A stretch of 64,000 nucleotides of DNA from a candidate division FCPU426 bacterium (GCA_963796105.1 CAWCKJ010000003.1:192001-256000); one strand, 5' to 3'. Shown: positions 7,994 to 18,851, counted from the first letter of the stretch. Notes: generated by a model from the letters alone, not told the origin. Program-made: numbers and translations.

Positions 7994-8665
7994 ATGAAAA
8001 TCGGAATTATTGGATCAGGTGTAGTGGGTCAAACCTTGGGGTTCAAGTTGGTGGAATTGGGGAACGACGTGGTTTTAGGAACGAGAGACCCGCGAAAGCT
8101 GGATGAAAAAAAGAATATGACAGGAAGCCTGAAGGATTGGCTGGAGAAAGTTCAAAACAAGGCAAAAGTAGCCACTTTTCAAGAGGCCGCGATCCATGGG
8201 GAAATTCTCATCAATGCCACCCACGGGCAGGCATCGGTCCAAGCCCTTCAAATGGCCAACGCGGGCCAGGTAGGCGCTAAAGTCCTGATAGATACGGCCA
8301 ATGAATTGGATTTCAGCAAGGGCATGCCTCCGGGAGTCCTTGCCGGCCAAACCCGCTCGGTGGCCGAGAACATTCAAAACACTTTTCCCAATCTCAAAGT
8401 GGTCAAGTCCCTTAATACCATCTCGGCGCCCGTGATGATCAACCCCAAATCAGTTAAGAACGGGGATCATACGATTTTTATGGCAGGTAACGACAAGGAT
8501 GCCAAGGCTAAAGTCGCTGAACTTCTCAAGTCCCTTGGTTGGACGGATATTTTGGATTTAGGGGATATTTCCGCCGCCAGGGGGCCCGAAATGTACCTGG
8601 CGCTGTGGGTTCGTTTATACGGATCCCTTCAGAATGGCATGATCAACATCAAGGTTCAGCGTTAA
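7994..8665 (+). CDS. NADP oxidoreductase, F420-dependent family
   Basis: MKIGIIGSGVVG Rossmann motif, VVKSLNTI, AGNDKDAK, DLGDISAARGPE. Confidence 0.88.
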   Translation: MKIGIIGSGVVGQTLGFKLVELGNDVVLGTRDPRKLDEKKNMTGSLKDWLEKVQNKAKVATFQEAAIHGEILINATHGQASVQALQMANAGQVGAKVLIDTANELDFSKGMPPGVLAGQTRSVAENIQNTFPNLKVVKSLNTISAPVMINPKSVKNGDHTIFMAGNDKDAKAKVAELLKSLGWTDILDLGDISAARGPEMYLALWVRLYGSLQNGMINIKVQR

Positions 8666-8723
8666 TAGAGGGGCCATTCATTCAAGAAAGCTTTTTCACG
8701 AAGTAAAGCCATTCTTATTCATG

Positions 8724-8753
8724 AAAAGGACCCCGATTTACGGGGTTCTTTTT
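8724..8753 (+). terminator. Rho-independent terminator
   Basis: AGGACCCCG-loop-CGGGGTTCT followed by a T-run. Confidence 0.7.
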
Positions 8754-8863
8754 GTTTATGCGCCGATCAATGTGGAATATTCCTTCAGGCCGTAACGGGT
8801 TATACTCAACCGGTGTCAATTTAGACCCAATTCTCCAAATCCCAGAAAGAAGCGATTAATCCC

Positions 8864-10522
8864 ATGAAAATGGATACGGACTGCGCGGTGATCGGGGCGG
8901 GTTTCGCGGGTTGTTCCGCCGCCTTAGAACTTGCCGACGCGGGCTATCAGGTGGATCTATTCGTAAAAGGGAAATTGGTCATTGATTCCGCCAGCACCCT
9001 TACGGCCGGGGGATTGGCCGCCGTATCGGATGAAGCGATCCGAAACCAGGGGGATTCCTACGAGGCGCACCTGAAGGATACCCTCGAAGCGGGAAAAGAA
9101 CTTAACGACGAAAAAATCGTGAAATTCTGCGTCGAGCGTTTCCATTCGGATGTGATCGAGTGGCTAATCGGGCAGGGAGTGCGTTTCGACCAGTCCCATC
9201 ACCAATATGACCTGTACAAGGAAGGCGGGCACTCCGCGAAAAGAATATTTCACGTGGAAGACGAGACGGGAAAACATGTCATGGCTGTCCTGAGCGAAAA
9301 GGTCAGGAAACATCCCAAAATCAAGGTTCATGAAAAGCACATCGCGATCGACGTCATCACGAAGAACAAGTTCCTCAAGTTGCCCGGCAAGGATGAGTGC
9401 GTCGGGATCTATGTCTATGATATCGAGAAAAACCAAGTGAAGGCCGTGTCGAGCAAGTCGGTCTTCCTGGCCACAGGCGGGCTTGGAAAGGTCTTCCTAT
9501 ACACCTCGAACCCCGACGCGGCGAGCGGGGACGGGTTCGCCATAGCCTATCGCGCGGGTCTTCCCCTGGCCAATATGGAATTCATCCAATTCCATCCCAC
9601 GGTCTTTTATGACGAGCAAGCGGATAGCCCCGAGCGGAGATACCTCTTCACGGAGGCTCTGAGGGGGGAAGGCGGCTTCTTGAAGCTTCACAGGGATGAC
9701 AAGGAAGATTTCGCCCTGAAATACAACCCGCAAGGCTCGAAGGCCACGAGGGATATCGTGACAAGGGCCGAAGACATGGAAATGCGGAAGAACGGCTTGA
9801 AACATGTCTGGCTTGACTGTGCGAAGATCCCGGAAGAAAGGCTCAAAAAGGATTTTAGGAACGCTTATGAATTCTGCTTGAAAAAGGGGATCGACATGGC
9901 GAAAGCCCCTATTCCCGTAGTTTACGCGGTCCACTACTCGAACGGGGGCGTCTTGGTGGATGAAAACAGCGAAACTGGATTGATGAACCTGTACGCCCTG
10001 GGGGAGGCATCTTATACGGGCCTTCACGGGGCCACGAGACTCGCTAGCAATTCTGCCCCCGAGTGCTTGTTGTTTGGAAGGCTATCCGCCAAGCACTTCA
10101 TCAAAAACAAGGGCCGGAATAAGAACCACGTTGTCCCCGATTGGGATACCGGAAGGGCCAAGGAAACAAAAGACCCCACCACTATCAGCTGTTACTGGGA
10201 AATCACCCGTAAAACCATGACCCTTCTTTGCGGGATCGCACGGACGGAAGAGAGACTATGCGCCGCGAAGGACGTGTTGTCCGCCCTCAAGAAGAACATC
10301 AACAGCGATTATTGGAATTATGTCGTAACCAAGGAGTTCCTGGAGGCGAGGAATCTTGCGGACGTTGCGAACATCGTATTGAACAGCGCCTTGGCGAGAA
10401 AAGAAAGCAGGGCTTGCCACTACCGGGAAGACTATCCGCAAAGTGACGTGAAATACCTCGGAATAACGGTCATCAAGAGGGACGAAGAGCCAAGAATTGA
10501 AAACATCAAACGTCCTTCTTAA
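8864..10522 (+). CDS. nadB: L-aspartate oxidase
   Basis: VIGAGFAG, EGGHSAKRIFH, LATGG, MEFIQFHPT, TEALRGEG, GLHGATRLASNS, RKESRACHYREDYP. Confidence 0.88.
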   Translation: MKMDTDCAVIGAGFAGCSAALELADAGYQVDLFVKGKLVIDSASTLTAGGLAAVSDEAIRNQGDSYEAHLKDTLEAGKELNDEKIVKFCVERFHSDVIEWLIGQGVRFDQSHHQYDLYKEGGHSAKRIFHVEDETGKHVMAVLSEKVRKHPKIKVHEKHIAIDVITKNKFLKLPGKDECVGIYVYDIEKNQVKAVSSKSVFLATGGLGKVFLYTSNPDAASGDGFAIAYRAGLPLANMEFIQFHPTVFYDEQADSPERRYLFTEALRGEGGFLKLHRDDKEDFALKYNPQGSKATRDIVTRAEDMEMRKNGLKHVWLDCAKIPEERLKKDFRNAYEFCLKKGIDMAKAPIPVVYAVHYSNGGVLVDENSETGLMNLYALGEASYTGLHGATRLASNSAPECLLFGRLSAKHFIKNKGRNKNHVVPDWDTGRAKETKDPTTISCYWEITRKTMTLLCGIARTEERLCAAKDVLSALKKNINSDYWNYVVTKEFLEARNLADVANIVLNSALARKESRACHYREDYPQSDVKYLGITVIKRDEEPRIENIKRPS

Positions 10523-10585
10523 ATGGAAAATGGGCAAGGTCACTTTTGTTTATGGCTGTGTTGAAGTAAAAAAAGGAGTGTTGGC

Positions 10586-10987
10586 ATGGCAAGCAGCAAG
10601 ACGAATAAAATTCTCTTTTGGGTTTTCTCGCTTTTATTTATTTTGCCCACCGCCGGGTCGGGGATTATTGAGCTTTTTGCAAGCCCATCCGAGCAGGTGG
10701 CGCAAATGTTGAAGATGTTGGGTTATCCGCTTTATCTTTCGAGAATACTGGGTTTCGCTAAATTGATGGGAGCCCTGGCGATTTTGACTGGGCGGATTCC
10801 CCGGATGAAAGAATGGGCCTACGCCGGTTATAGCTTCATGCTTTTGGGAGCGGCCGCTTCCCATTTACTGGCAGGCGACTATACCCACGCTCCAATTCCT
10901 TTGATTGTTTTCATCATACTGCTCATTTCGTATTATTTTTCTAATAGGGTGTTTCCGCACTCATCCCAGCCTTTTTCCATCAAGTGA
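10586..10987 (+). CDS. DoxX family membrane protein
   Basis: LGYPLYL..ILG.AKLMG, KEWAYAG motifs; four TM segments. Confidence 0.85.
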   Translation: MASSKTNKILFWVFSLLFILPTAGSGIIELFASPSEQVAQMLKMLGYPLYLSRILGFAKLMGALAILTGRIPRMKEWAYAGYSFMLLGAAASHLLAGDYTHAPIPLIVFIILLISYYFSNRVFPHSSQPFSIK

Positions 10988-11332
10988 TAGGGGGAGCAGC
11001 ATTGATTAGAGCTGTCTTTAATTGATTTTTCCTTTCGCAAATAAAATCTCGCTCTCTAGATAAATAATTCTTTGTCATTCAATTTTATTGAATAGACTCA
11101 AGGAATTTTTGAAACCGATTGCTTATAAAACACTTTCTCGTTAAAACCCGTTTGGTGTCCAAAGAGACTTTTCAACGCGGAATTCCAACCGGCTCAGTCC
11201 CCAAAACCGTCCATCCGGTAAAACCGGGGAATTCATTTCCCGGAATCACCAGGGAATTTAAACTTTGCAAAGGATAGGCCTTTTGTTAAACTACGACCTA
11301 ATTTATTCCATCTTTTAAAAAGAGGTTATTAA

Positions 11333-12430
11333 ATGAAATCAATAAAAATTCTGACTGCTGGCTTGATTCTTTCATTCACGGCGCAATGTGTCCTAGCGGT
11401 TGGGCCTACATACGTAAAAGACAACATCGCCGCATCCGCAAGTTGGACCAAGGACAATAGTCCTTACGTCCTCCAAAACGATATTACCGTCATAAAGGGA
11501 GCGATTCTCACGATCGACCCCGGAGTGGAAGTGCAATTCTCGACGCCTCCCACCGCGAAATCCGGCAAGGAACCCAATCTAGTCATCCAGGGTGGAATTA
11601 AAGCCGTTGGAAATTCCACTACGCCGATCTCATTCGTTCCCTCAGTCGCGGGTGGTTATTGGGGAGCCATTTATTTTTATACTAGTGACCCGGCTAATTC
11701 CGTCCTTCAGGGCTGCTTGATCAAGGGCGGGCACATTGTTTGCAACGGTTCCTCGCCAAACATTTCCCAGTGTTCCATTTATGGCGGAAAGAGCGGAGTC
11801 GAGATCGCGGTCAATTCCTCGCCGCAAATCATCAATAACCGAATCACCGCGAACCAATACGGCTTGATTCTTTTGGACGCGACCGCCAACCCGGTCATTT
11901 CCAAAAATGAGATTTACAATAACAACTATGGCATTTACTTTAAGGATTTCGGAACCCCCACCCTGTCCGATAACAAAATTTACAACAACCTGAAATACAA
12001 TCTCGTGAATTATTCCCCGAAACCCCTTTCCATGCCGAACAACGATTTCAAGTCAACGGACGCAGCGGCGGTCGCGAGGTCCATTTATGACGGGGCTAGC
12101 AATCCCGTATATGGCAAGTTGACTGTGACGCCCTTTGCCGGCGCCGTTGTTGAGGCCGCCGGTTCAACGGTGAATGCCGCGGCTAATCCGTTGGTTTCCA
12201 CAAATATTCCGCCATTGCCCACTCCGGTGGCGTCCACTGCCGTTGCGGTCGCTTCCGCTCCGCAGGCGAAACCCGTGATCCAAGAAGAGGACTTTTGGAG
12301 CTACGGAAGGCCTTTTGACGCCATGAAAGTGAGCAATTTGGAGCAGGGAAAATCACAATCTTCCGGCGTGGTCAAAATCCTTGCGGTCGGGGCTACCGCC
12401 GTGGTTACGGCTGTCCTTTTGTTCCTGTAA
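11333..12430 (+). CDS. Secreted right-handed parallel beta-helix repeat protein with a C-terminal hydrophobic segment
   Basis: WTKDNSPYVL..ITV..GAILTIDPGV start, SPQIINNRI/PVISKNEI/PTLSDNKI repeats, terminal VGATAVVTAVLLFL. Confidence 0.8.
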   Translation: MKSIKILTAGLILSFTAQCVLAVGPTYVKDNIAASASWTKDNSPYVLQNDITVIKGAILTIDPGVEVQFSTPPTAKSGKEPNLVIQGGIKAVGNSTTPISFVPSVAGGYWGAIYFYTSDPANSVLQGCLIKGGHIVCNGSSPNISQCSIYGGKSGVEIAVNSSPQIINNRITANQYGLILLDATANPVISKNEIYNNNYGIYFKDFGTPTLSDNKIYNNLKYNLVNYSPKPLSMPNNDFKSTDAAAVARSIYDGASNPVYGKLTVTPFAGAVVEAAGSTVNAAANPLVSTNIPPLPTPVASTAVAVASAPQAKPVIQEEDFWSYGRPFDAMKVSNLEQGKSQSSGVVKILAVGATAVVTAVLLFL

Positions 12431-12450
12431 TATTCCCGCGAAAAAGACAT

Positions 12451-12492
12451 TGAGTTAGCCTCCAGGTCATTGAGGTTAACTCATTTCTTTTT
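12451..12492 (+). terminator. Probable terminator
   Basis: TGAGTTAGCCTC / GAGGTTAACTCA stem followed by T-rich tail. Confidence 0.55.
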
Positions 12493-12658
12493 GATCACGT
12501 GGATATTCAATTTTGTCCTAATTAAACAAAACATTCGAACAGTTCAATTTATAAAAGAACTATTCATATAACCATTAAGTAATATCCGTTCAATATTGGA
12601 CGGAACTTATAATGTATCACAAGAGAATAATAGTTGTCGCAAAAGGCGGAATATCATA

Positions 12659-13036
12659 ATGACTCCTTCTTTCAACGAAAAGCGAATGACCCCCCGTTAT
12701 CCAGTGAGAATACCCCTGCGCTTAAGGCTGTTGAAATCACCCATGGGGGAAAAAATGGAGGCTCAGCTTCACAACGGGAATAATTTAATGTCCGACATCG
12801 GAAGAACCGGATTTTTTTTGACCACCAAAAATTATTTCGAGATCGAATCCATCCTGGAAGTTGAGTTTCCTTTGGAAGAATTAAAAGAAGTGGTGCGAGC
12901 TGAAGTGGAGATCGTCAGGGCGAATAACCAGAATTTTCCCCACCATGGACGGTATGAATACGGCCTTCAATTTAACTCCATGCATCCGCACTTCAGGGAA
13001 GTCATAGAGAAATACCTAAAATTAATCAGCGGTTGA
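12659..13036 (+). CDS. PilZ domain protein
   Basis: EKRMTPRYP (RxxxR) and SDIGRTG (DxSxxG-like) motifs, YGLQF; start placed at ATG 12659. Confidence 0.8.
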   Translation: MTPSFNEKRMTPRYPVRIPLRLRLLKSPMGEKMEAQLHNGNNLMSDIGRTGFFLTTKNYFEIESILEVEFPLEELKEVVRAEVEIVRANNQNFPHHGRYEYGLQFNSMHPHFREVIEKYLKLISG

Positions 13037-13131
13037 CGCCTCTTTGGGGTTTTTAGGCGTAATATTGCCTCGGATGTTGTTCTTGTATTCCCCCCGTGTT
13101 AAAATCACGCTTATTTTTCAAAGGAGTTTCC

Positions 13132-13644
13132 ATGCGTTTCATCATGATGGTTTGCCTGTTTATGGCTGTGTCCATTTCTCACGCCAGGGATTTCAAGGTC
13201 GCGACGGTTGATTTGAAAAAAGTTTTCAACGAATACCCCGGCAAGAAGAGCGCCGATTTGAAAATGAAGGATCTGATTCAAGAGAAACAGCAGGAATTAG
13301 CGCCCTTGAAAAAAGAATTGGAAAAGCTCCAGGGGGAATTGAGCAGTTCCAGCTCGGTTTTGTCCAAAAAGGAAAAGAAGGAAAAAACCTATATTTTCCA
13401 GAAAAAAATGGACGACTTTACCAAACAGCAAACCCAAATGCAGTCGGACCTGGCCGACAAAGACACTGAAATGACCCAGAAACTCCTGGACAAGATCAAG
13501 GTCATTATCGGGAAAATCGCGAAGGATAAAAACGTGGATCTGGTGATGGATTCGGACAAAACCGTTTTCGCCAAGGACTCCGTGGACCTGACCGACGATG
13601 TTTTAAAGTCCTACAAGGACTTGCCCTTGGATTCCGACAAATAA
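13132..13644 (+). CDS. skp: OmpH/Skp periplasmic chaperone
   Basis: AAGGAG RBS, signal peptide, KVATVDLKKVF, coiled coil, DLTDDVLK; lies upstream of lpxD. Confidence 0.9.
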   Translation: MRFIMMVCLFMAVSISHARDFKVATVDLKKVFNEYPGKKSADLKMKDLIQEKQQELAPLKKELEKLQGELSSSSSVLSKKEKKEKTYIFQKKMDDFTKQQTQMQSDLADKDTEMTQKLLDKIKVIIGKIAKDKNVDLVMDSDKTVFAKDSVDLTDDVLKSYKDLPLDSDK

Positions 13645-13666
13645 GAGTAAGAAGCGAAAAATACCT

Positions 13667-14710
13667 ATGAGCGCCTCCATCAGCTTGAGTGATTTGGCCT
13701 TGAAGATAGGCGCTTCTTTTACGGGCGACGGATCAATGCTCTTAAAAGGCGTGGCGCCGTTGGATACGGCGAAAGAGGGCGACTTAACTTTTATCACCAA
13801 TCCCCGCTACGCGAAACACGCCGGCGCCACCCAGGGCTCCTGCATCCTCTGCGACAAAGAAATACCCGGAGTCCAAAAATCCTTTCTTTTAGCTCCCAAT
13901 CCCTACGCGGCTCTCGCGCGCATTATCGGTGTTTTTTTCCCCAAGCAAATCATTGAACCGGGTGTACATAACGGCGCTTGGATTGATTCCTCCGCTTCCA
14001 TTCATCCCGAGGCATGTGTTTTTCCCGGAGTGTATATAGGGGCAAGGGCGAAAGTGGGACGCGGAACTATTTTGTATCCCGGGGTTTTCCTGGGCGAAGA
14101 CACGATCGTGGGGGAGGACTGTATTTTTTACTCGAATGTCACGGTCCGGGAAAAATGCATTGTGGGGAACAGGGTCATTTTCCAACCGGGAGTTGCCATT
14201 GGGGCTGACGGCTTCGGTTTCGCTCCTGAAAAGGAAACCTACGTCAAAATCCCGCAAGTGGGGAATGTGATTATCGAGGATGACGTGGAGTTGGGTTCCA
14301 ATACCTGCGTGGACCGGGCCGCCTTGGGTTCCACAAGAATTGGAAAAGGCACGAAAATCGACAATCTTGTCCAGATCGGGCACAACGTTGTGATCGGCAA
14401 AAACACGATCATTGTGTCCCAAACCGGCATTTCCGGCTCGACCCAGGTCGGCGATCATGTTTTGATGGGCGGGCAGGTCGGTCTAGCGGGCCACATAAAA
14501 ATAGGGGATCATGTGACTTTGGCCACGAGAACGGGAGTCATGGAGGATATCCCGGAGAAAGGCGTTTATTGGGGGTCGCCCTCCATCGACATGACCACTG
14601 AAATGAAAAATGTCGCGGCTTACCGGCAGCTTCCGGCGCTCGTCAAACGCGTCCGGCAATTGGAGAAAACCATCGAGGCTTTACGCGGCGGGAAATCCAT
14701 TGAAAAGTGA
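13667..14710 (+). CDS. lpxD: UDP-3-O-(3-hydroxyacyl)glucosamine N-acyltransferase
   Basis: Hexapeptide repeats, IGADGFGF, KIPQVGNVIIEDDVE, KIDNLVQIGHNV. Confidence 0.95.
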   Translation: MSASISLSDLALKIGASFTGDGSMLLKGVAPLDTAKEGDLTFITNPRYAKHAGATQGSCILCDKEIPGVQKSFLLAPNPYAALARIIGVFFPKQIIEPGVHNGAWIDSSASIHPEACVFPGVYIGARAKVGRGTILYPGVFLGEDTIVGEDCIFYSNVTVREKCIVGNRVIFQPGVAIGADGFGFAPEKETYVKIPQVGNVIIEDDVELGSNTCVDRAALGSTRIGKGTKIDNLVQIGHNVVIGKNTIIVSQTGISGSTQVGDHVLMGGQVGLAGHIKIGDHVTLATRTGVMEDIPEKGVYWGSPSIDMTTEMKNVAAYRQLPALVKRVRQLEKTIEALRGGKSIEK

Positions 14711-16028
14711 ACCGGGGTCTCGAAGGCAGAGGACAATCGCCCAAGAAGTAACCTTTGAGGGAACGGGTCTTCACACCGGCCATTATTGCCGGGTCCGGGT
14801 TATCCCGGCTCCCCCGGAAAGCGGTCTATATTTCTTTCGGACGGATCTCCAAGCCCGCATTCCTGTCTCGCCTGATTTTGTGACGAGCACCTCTCGGGGA
14901 ACGTCCCTCACCGGGGAAAAGGGAGCCTCCGTTCATACTATCGAGCATTTCCTCGCGTCAATCGCCGGGGCCGGCTTCAACAACCTACGTGTGGAATTGG
15001 ATTCTGATGAAATGCCCATTTTGGACGGAAGCGCTGAATCTTACACTAAAGAGTTCGCGAAAGTTGGCGCCATAGAACAAAAAGCAGTGGTTCATCCGCT
15101 GATCCTTGATGAGCCGCTGGAATTTAGTTTTGGCGAGGTGACCGTTAAAGCGGAACCGGCTGATGGACTCTATTTAGATGTTTACACTTCTTTTCCATAT
15201 CCAGGTCTGGAAAACCAGCGATTCCTTTTCACGCTTGAGGATGGTTCTTTTGCCAAGGAGCTATCCCGGGCGAGAACTTTTTGTTTTGAGGAAGAAGTGG
15301 AACAACTTCGCGAGAAGGGTTTAATCAAGGGAGGCAGCCTTGACTGTGCCCTTGTCATCGGCAAAAAAGGCGTCTTGAACGGGCCGATGCGTTTTGACGA
15401 TGAAATTGTCAGGCATAAGACCCTGGATTTGCTGGGGGATTTGATGCTGTTAAACCGCCCATTACAGGCGAAAATTACAGTTAGAAAAGCCGGGCATCGG
15501 ACGCATGTTGAGTTGGTAAAAGCGATTTATAAAAGATTTTCAAAGGAGGAAAGAGTGAATTCCAATCCAAAGGCCCCAAAAACGATGGATATTGTCGCGA
15601 TCCAAGGGATCTTGCCCCACCGGTACCCTTTTTTACTTGTGGACCGCGTCCTGGAGGTTGAACCTTATAAAAGGGTAGTGGCCATTAAAAACGTGACTGC
15701 CAACGAATCGTTTTTCCAAGGGCATTTCCCCGGGCATCCCATCATGCCTGGTGTTTTGGTCATCGAGGCGATGGCCCAGGCTGGGGGAATTTGTTTCCTT
15801 TGCGACGACCAATCCGGGAAAATGCTTTACCTAGCCGGGGTGGATAAAGCCCGCTTCCGCAAACCCGTGCTGCCGGGGGACCAAATTCGGTTTGAGATAG
15901 AAGTATTAAACATCCGCTCGAAAATAGGTAAAATCGCCGGGAAGGCCATTATCGACGGTCAAGTGGCTTGTGAGGCTGAATTAACCTGCGCCATCATTGA
16001 GCGGGGTGATAATAAAGGAGTCTCGTAA
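14700..16028 (+). CDS. lpxC/fabZ: Bifunctional LpxC-FabZ fusion
   Basis: [29 protein letters not shown] (LpxC); [31 protein letters not shown] (FabZ) in one frame; start estimated at TTG 14700. Confidence 0.93.
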   Translation: MKSEPGSRRQRTIAQEVTFEGTGLHTGHYCRVRVIPAPPESGLYFFRTDLQARIPVSPDFVTSTSRGTSLTGEKGASVHTIEHFLASIAGAGFNNLRVELDSDEMPILDGSAESYTKEFAKVGAIEQKAVVHPLILDEPLEFSFGEVTVKAEPADGLYLDVYTSFPYPGLENQRFLFTLEDGSFAKELSRARTFCFEEEVEQLREKGLIKGGSLDCALVIGKKGVLNGPMRFDDEIVRHKTLDLLGDLMLLNRPLQAKITVRKAGHRTHVELVKAIYKRFSKEERVNSNPKAPKTMDIVAIQGILPHRYPFLLVDRVLEVEPYKRVVAIKNVTANESFFQGHFPGHPIMPGVLVIEAMAQAGGICFLCDDQSGKMLYLAGVDKARFRKPVLPGDQIRFEIEVLNIRSKIGKIAGKAIIDGQVACEAELTCAIIERGDNKGVS

Positions 16029-16029
16029 A

Positions 16030-16815
16030 ATGCCGGATGAACCCATAAAAATTCATCCAACAGCCATCGTTCATCCCAAGGCTCGATTAGAAAATGGGGT
16101 GGTGATAGGCCCCTTTTCCATCGTGGATGAGCATGTCAGTATCGGCGAGGGCACAGTCGTAGGGGCGAATTGCTTTATCACGGGACATACACAGATCGGA
16201 AAACGCAACCGGTTTTTCACGGGAGCCATCATCGGAAGCGAGCCCCAGGATGTGAAATACCATGGCGAGGAAACTTGGCTGATGATTGGAGATGAAAATC
16301 TCATACGTGAATATGTCACCATTAACCCCGGCACAGGCGAGGGAACGAAAACGATCATTGGGAACGATAACTGGCTCATGATCCAAACCCATGTGGGCCA
16401 TAATTGCGTCATCGGGAGCCATGTGAAAATGGCTAACCTGGTCACGTTGGGAGGCCATGTTCAAATTGACGAATACGCCACCATCGGAGGGGCCACCGCC
16501 ATCCATCAATTTGTCCGGGTCGGGCGCCATGTCATGCTCGGCGGGGGTTACAGGGCAGTTCAAGATGTTACTCCCTTTATGATAGCGGGAGACGAGCCGC
16601 TTAAAATTTATGGCGTGAACCAAATCGGTTTGGAACGCAACGGATTCCAGAAGGAAACAATCGACTTATTGAAAAAAGCGCACAAAGTCGTATTCAGGAA
16701 AAATTTAACCCTCAAAGAAGCCCTTTCCGCGCTTGCCGCTGACTTTCCCCAAACGGAAGAGATCAAATGCTTAATGGAGTTTCTCTCTTCCTCCACCCGC
16801 GGAATTGTGCGGTAA
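16030..16815 (+). CDS. lpxA: Acyl-ACP--UDP-N-acetylglucosamine O-acyltransferase
   Basis: IHPTAIV, PQDVKY, IREYVTI, HVGHNC, LGGHV, IHQFVRVG. Confidence 0.95.
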   Translation: MPDEPIKIHPTAIVHPKARLENGVVIGPFSIVDEHVSIGEGTVVGANCFITGHTQIGKRNRFFTGAIIGSEPQDVKYHGEETWLMIGDENLIREYVTINPGTGEGTKTIIGNDNWLMIQTHVGHNCVIGSHVKMANLVTLGGHVQIDEYATIGGATAIHQFVRVGRHVMLGGGYRAVQDVTPFMIAGDEPLKIYGVNQIGLERNGFQKETIDLLKKAHKVVFRKNLTLKEALSALAADFPQTEEIKCLMEFLSSSTRGIVR

Positions 16816-16820
16816 AATCC

Positions 16821-17630
16821 ATGCCAGCCATAAAACCATTAGGCCTGATCGCCGGGTCCGGAGATCTTCCCCTGGAGTTTGCCCGACAAGCCAACGAACG
16901 GGGCTTTTCCCTTGCCATCGTAGCCCTCAAAAGCTGTTCCTCGCCTCTGTTGCGCCGATACAGCGAGGAAATAACCTGGATTTCGATCGGACAGCTTGGA
17001 AAGCTTATTTCTTTTTTCAAAAAAAAAGGCATTCATAAAATCGCCCTTCATGGAAAAGTGAAACACTCCAGTTTTTTTCAAAACATCAAATTCGACTTGA
17101 AAGCCTTAAACTTATGGATTCGCGCGGAGGATAGATCGGGCGAGGGTTTGATGAAGATCCTGGCAGACGAATTAGGAAAATACCGGATTGAGGTTTTGGA
17201 TGGCAGATTTTTAATGGATAATTTCCTGACTCCAAAGGGCCTATTAACTAAAACGAAAACCACTTCCGCTGAAAGAATGGATATTCAATCCGGGCTTCAA
17301 AAAGCCCGTTTGTTGGCCCGTTCGGGAATCGGTCAGTCCTTGGTTGTCAAGCAAGGGGCGGTTGCCGCCGTGGAAGGAATGGAAGGAACGGATGAAATGA
17401 TATCTCGGGCCGGAAAATGGGCTGGAAAAGGGGCGATCGTGGTGAAGGTAGCCAGCCCCAGGCAGGATTGGCGCTTCGATGTCCCGACGATCGGCCCGCG
17501 AACCATTCAATGCCTACTTAGGGCAAAAGCGCGCGGGATAGTCCTTGAGTCTGGAAGGTCTTTTTTGCTGAACCGCGACAAAACCCTGGAAATAGCGGAC
17601 CGGAATAAAATTTTCATAGAAGCGGTTTAA
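16821..17630 (+). CDS. lpxI: UDP-2,3-diacylglucosamine diphosphatase LpxI
   Basis: LGLIAGSGDLP, IGQSLVV, AVEGMEGTD, QDWRFDVPTIG. Confidence 0.9.
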   Translation: MPAIKPLGLIAGSGDLPLEFARQANERGFSLAIVALKSCSSPLLRRYSEEITWISIGQLGKLISFFKKKGIHKIALHGKVKHSSFFQNIKFDLKALNLWIRAEDRSGEGLMKILADELGKYRIEVLDGRFLMDNFLTPKGLLTKTKTTSAERMDIQSGLQKARLLARSGIGQSLVVKQGAVAAVEGMEGTDEMISRAGKWAGKGAIVVKVASPRQDWRFDVPTIGPRTIQCLLRAKARGIVLESGRSFLLNRDKTLEIADRNKIFIEAV

Positions 17631-17686
17631 TGATCATGTCTTCCGGCGGGAATTGGGATCGGTCTTGATGGTTTTTTTTATTAAAA

Positions 17687-18775
17687 TTATTGATTTTTCC
17701 GGATCAGCAAAAGCGGCCCACCGATCGCGAAAATAATATTCATGGTCCACATGGAGTAAAAAGGGGTCAAAAACCCCGAGTAGCCTAATTCCTCCCCGAT
17801 TTGCATACCGCCAAGGTAGAAAAAAGCCACCAAGATGCAAATCCCCAGGCTGAACATGACACCGCTGTATTTTCCCATGCCCCATCCCCAGGGAACCCCC
17901 AGAACCGCCAATATGACGCAACCAAATGGGAAAGCCAATTTTTTATGCAGAATCACCAATTCCTTGTGGCAATCGGACCCGTTTCGCCTGAGTTGCTGGA
18001 TGTAAGTGACCAATTCAGGGAGATTGAGTTCGCCTGCTTCTTTTTGTTCCTTTAAAAAATCCGAGGGCTTTTCCGGAAGATCAAAGGGCCTTCGGTCGAA
18101 GGACTCCGAGGTCACCTCAATATCCGCGTTATTAAAAGCGCGGTAATATCCGTCGTAAAAAACCCATCTTCCTTTCTCATATTTGGCGCTTTTGGCGTCA
18201 ATCCTGGATTTCAATTGAACACCGGATTGGAAATCCAAAACAAGGACATCCTTCATGGTTTGACCCAAACCGTCAAAAGAGCCGATGTGGTAAATTTGGT
18301 TGTTGGCGCCCCTTAATGAAATGTTTTGCCTGGAAGTGTCCAAGGATGCTTCAGGTTGTTTTTCGATTTCCACGACTTTAGCGTGGTGCATCATCCGGGT
18401 GGTTTTAGGAACAACCAGCTCATCGAAAGCGATGCTGATCAAACAGACGATTAATCCGCAGAAAAATAAAGGAACGGCCACCATGAAAATATGAACCCCG
18501 CCCGCCCGCATGGCCAAGAGCTCATTGGTTTTTGCCAGCCCCCCCAACGCGAAAAGCACGGCGAATAGGACCGCCAATGGAATAATCCGTATCAGAAGCT
18601 CTGGAATTTGAAGCGTGAAATATTTAACGGCTAAAAGAATACCCGGTTTATGATCCATAATCAGTTTCATGTCGTTGAAAACCTGGATAATGAGTATGAC
18701 CACCGAAAAAAACATCAAGGCCATGAAAAAAGGCTTTAAAAATTCCCTAAGGATGTAGCGAGTGATGATTTTCAA
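17687..18775 (-). CDS. lptG: LPS export ABC transporter permease LptG
   Basis: ITRYILREFL, NELLAMRAGG, periplasmic beta-jellyroll region, 3+3 TM segments; second gene of the pair. Confidence 0.88.
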   Translation of the reverse strand: MKIITRYILREFLKPFFMALMFFSVVILIIQVFNDMKLIMDHKPGILLAVKYFTLQIPELLIRIIPLAVLFAVLFALGGLAKTNELLAMRAGGVHIFMVAVPLFFCGLIVCLISIAFDELVVPKTTRMMHHAKVVEIEKQPEASLDTSRQNISLRGANNQIYHIGSFDGLGQTMKDVLVLDFQSGVQLKSRIDAKSAKYEKGRWVFYDGYYRAFNNADIEVTSESFDRRPFDLPEKPSDFLKEQKEAGELNLPELVTYIQQLRRNGSDCHKELVILHKKLAFPFGCVILAVLGVPWGWGMGKYSGVMFSLGICILVAFFYLGGMQIGEELGYSGFLTPFYSMWTMNIIFAIGGPLLLIRKNQ

Positions 18776-18851
18776 GAGGCGACCTTTTTAATCAAGATTT
18801 TCACGCCGGTTTTATCATTGGCGACGACAAATGCCCCTCGAAACATTGAGG

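Noticed and set aside
6812..8665. Prophage or integrative island at tmRNA
   Set aside because: No integrase or phage genes; the duplicated att-like sequence is only 159 bp from the tmRNA end.
14610..14699. N-terminal extension of LpxC from the ORF track
   Set aside because: It overlaps lpxD by about 100 bp; LpxC similarity starts at QRTI, so TTG 14700 is the more likely start.
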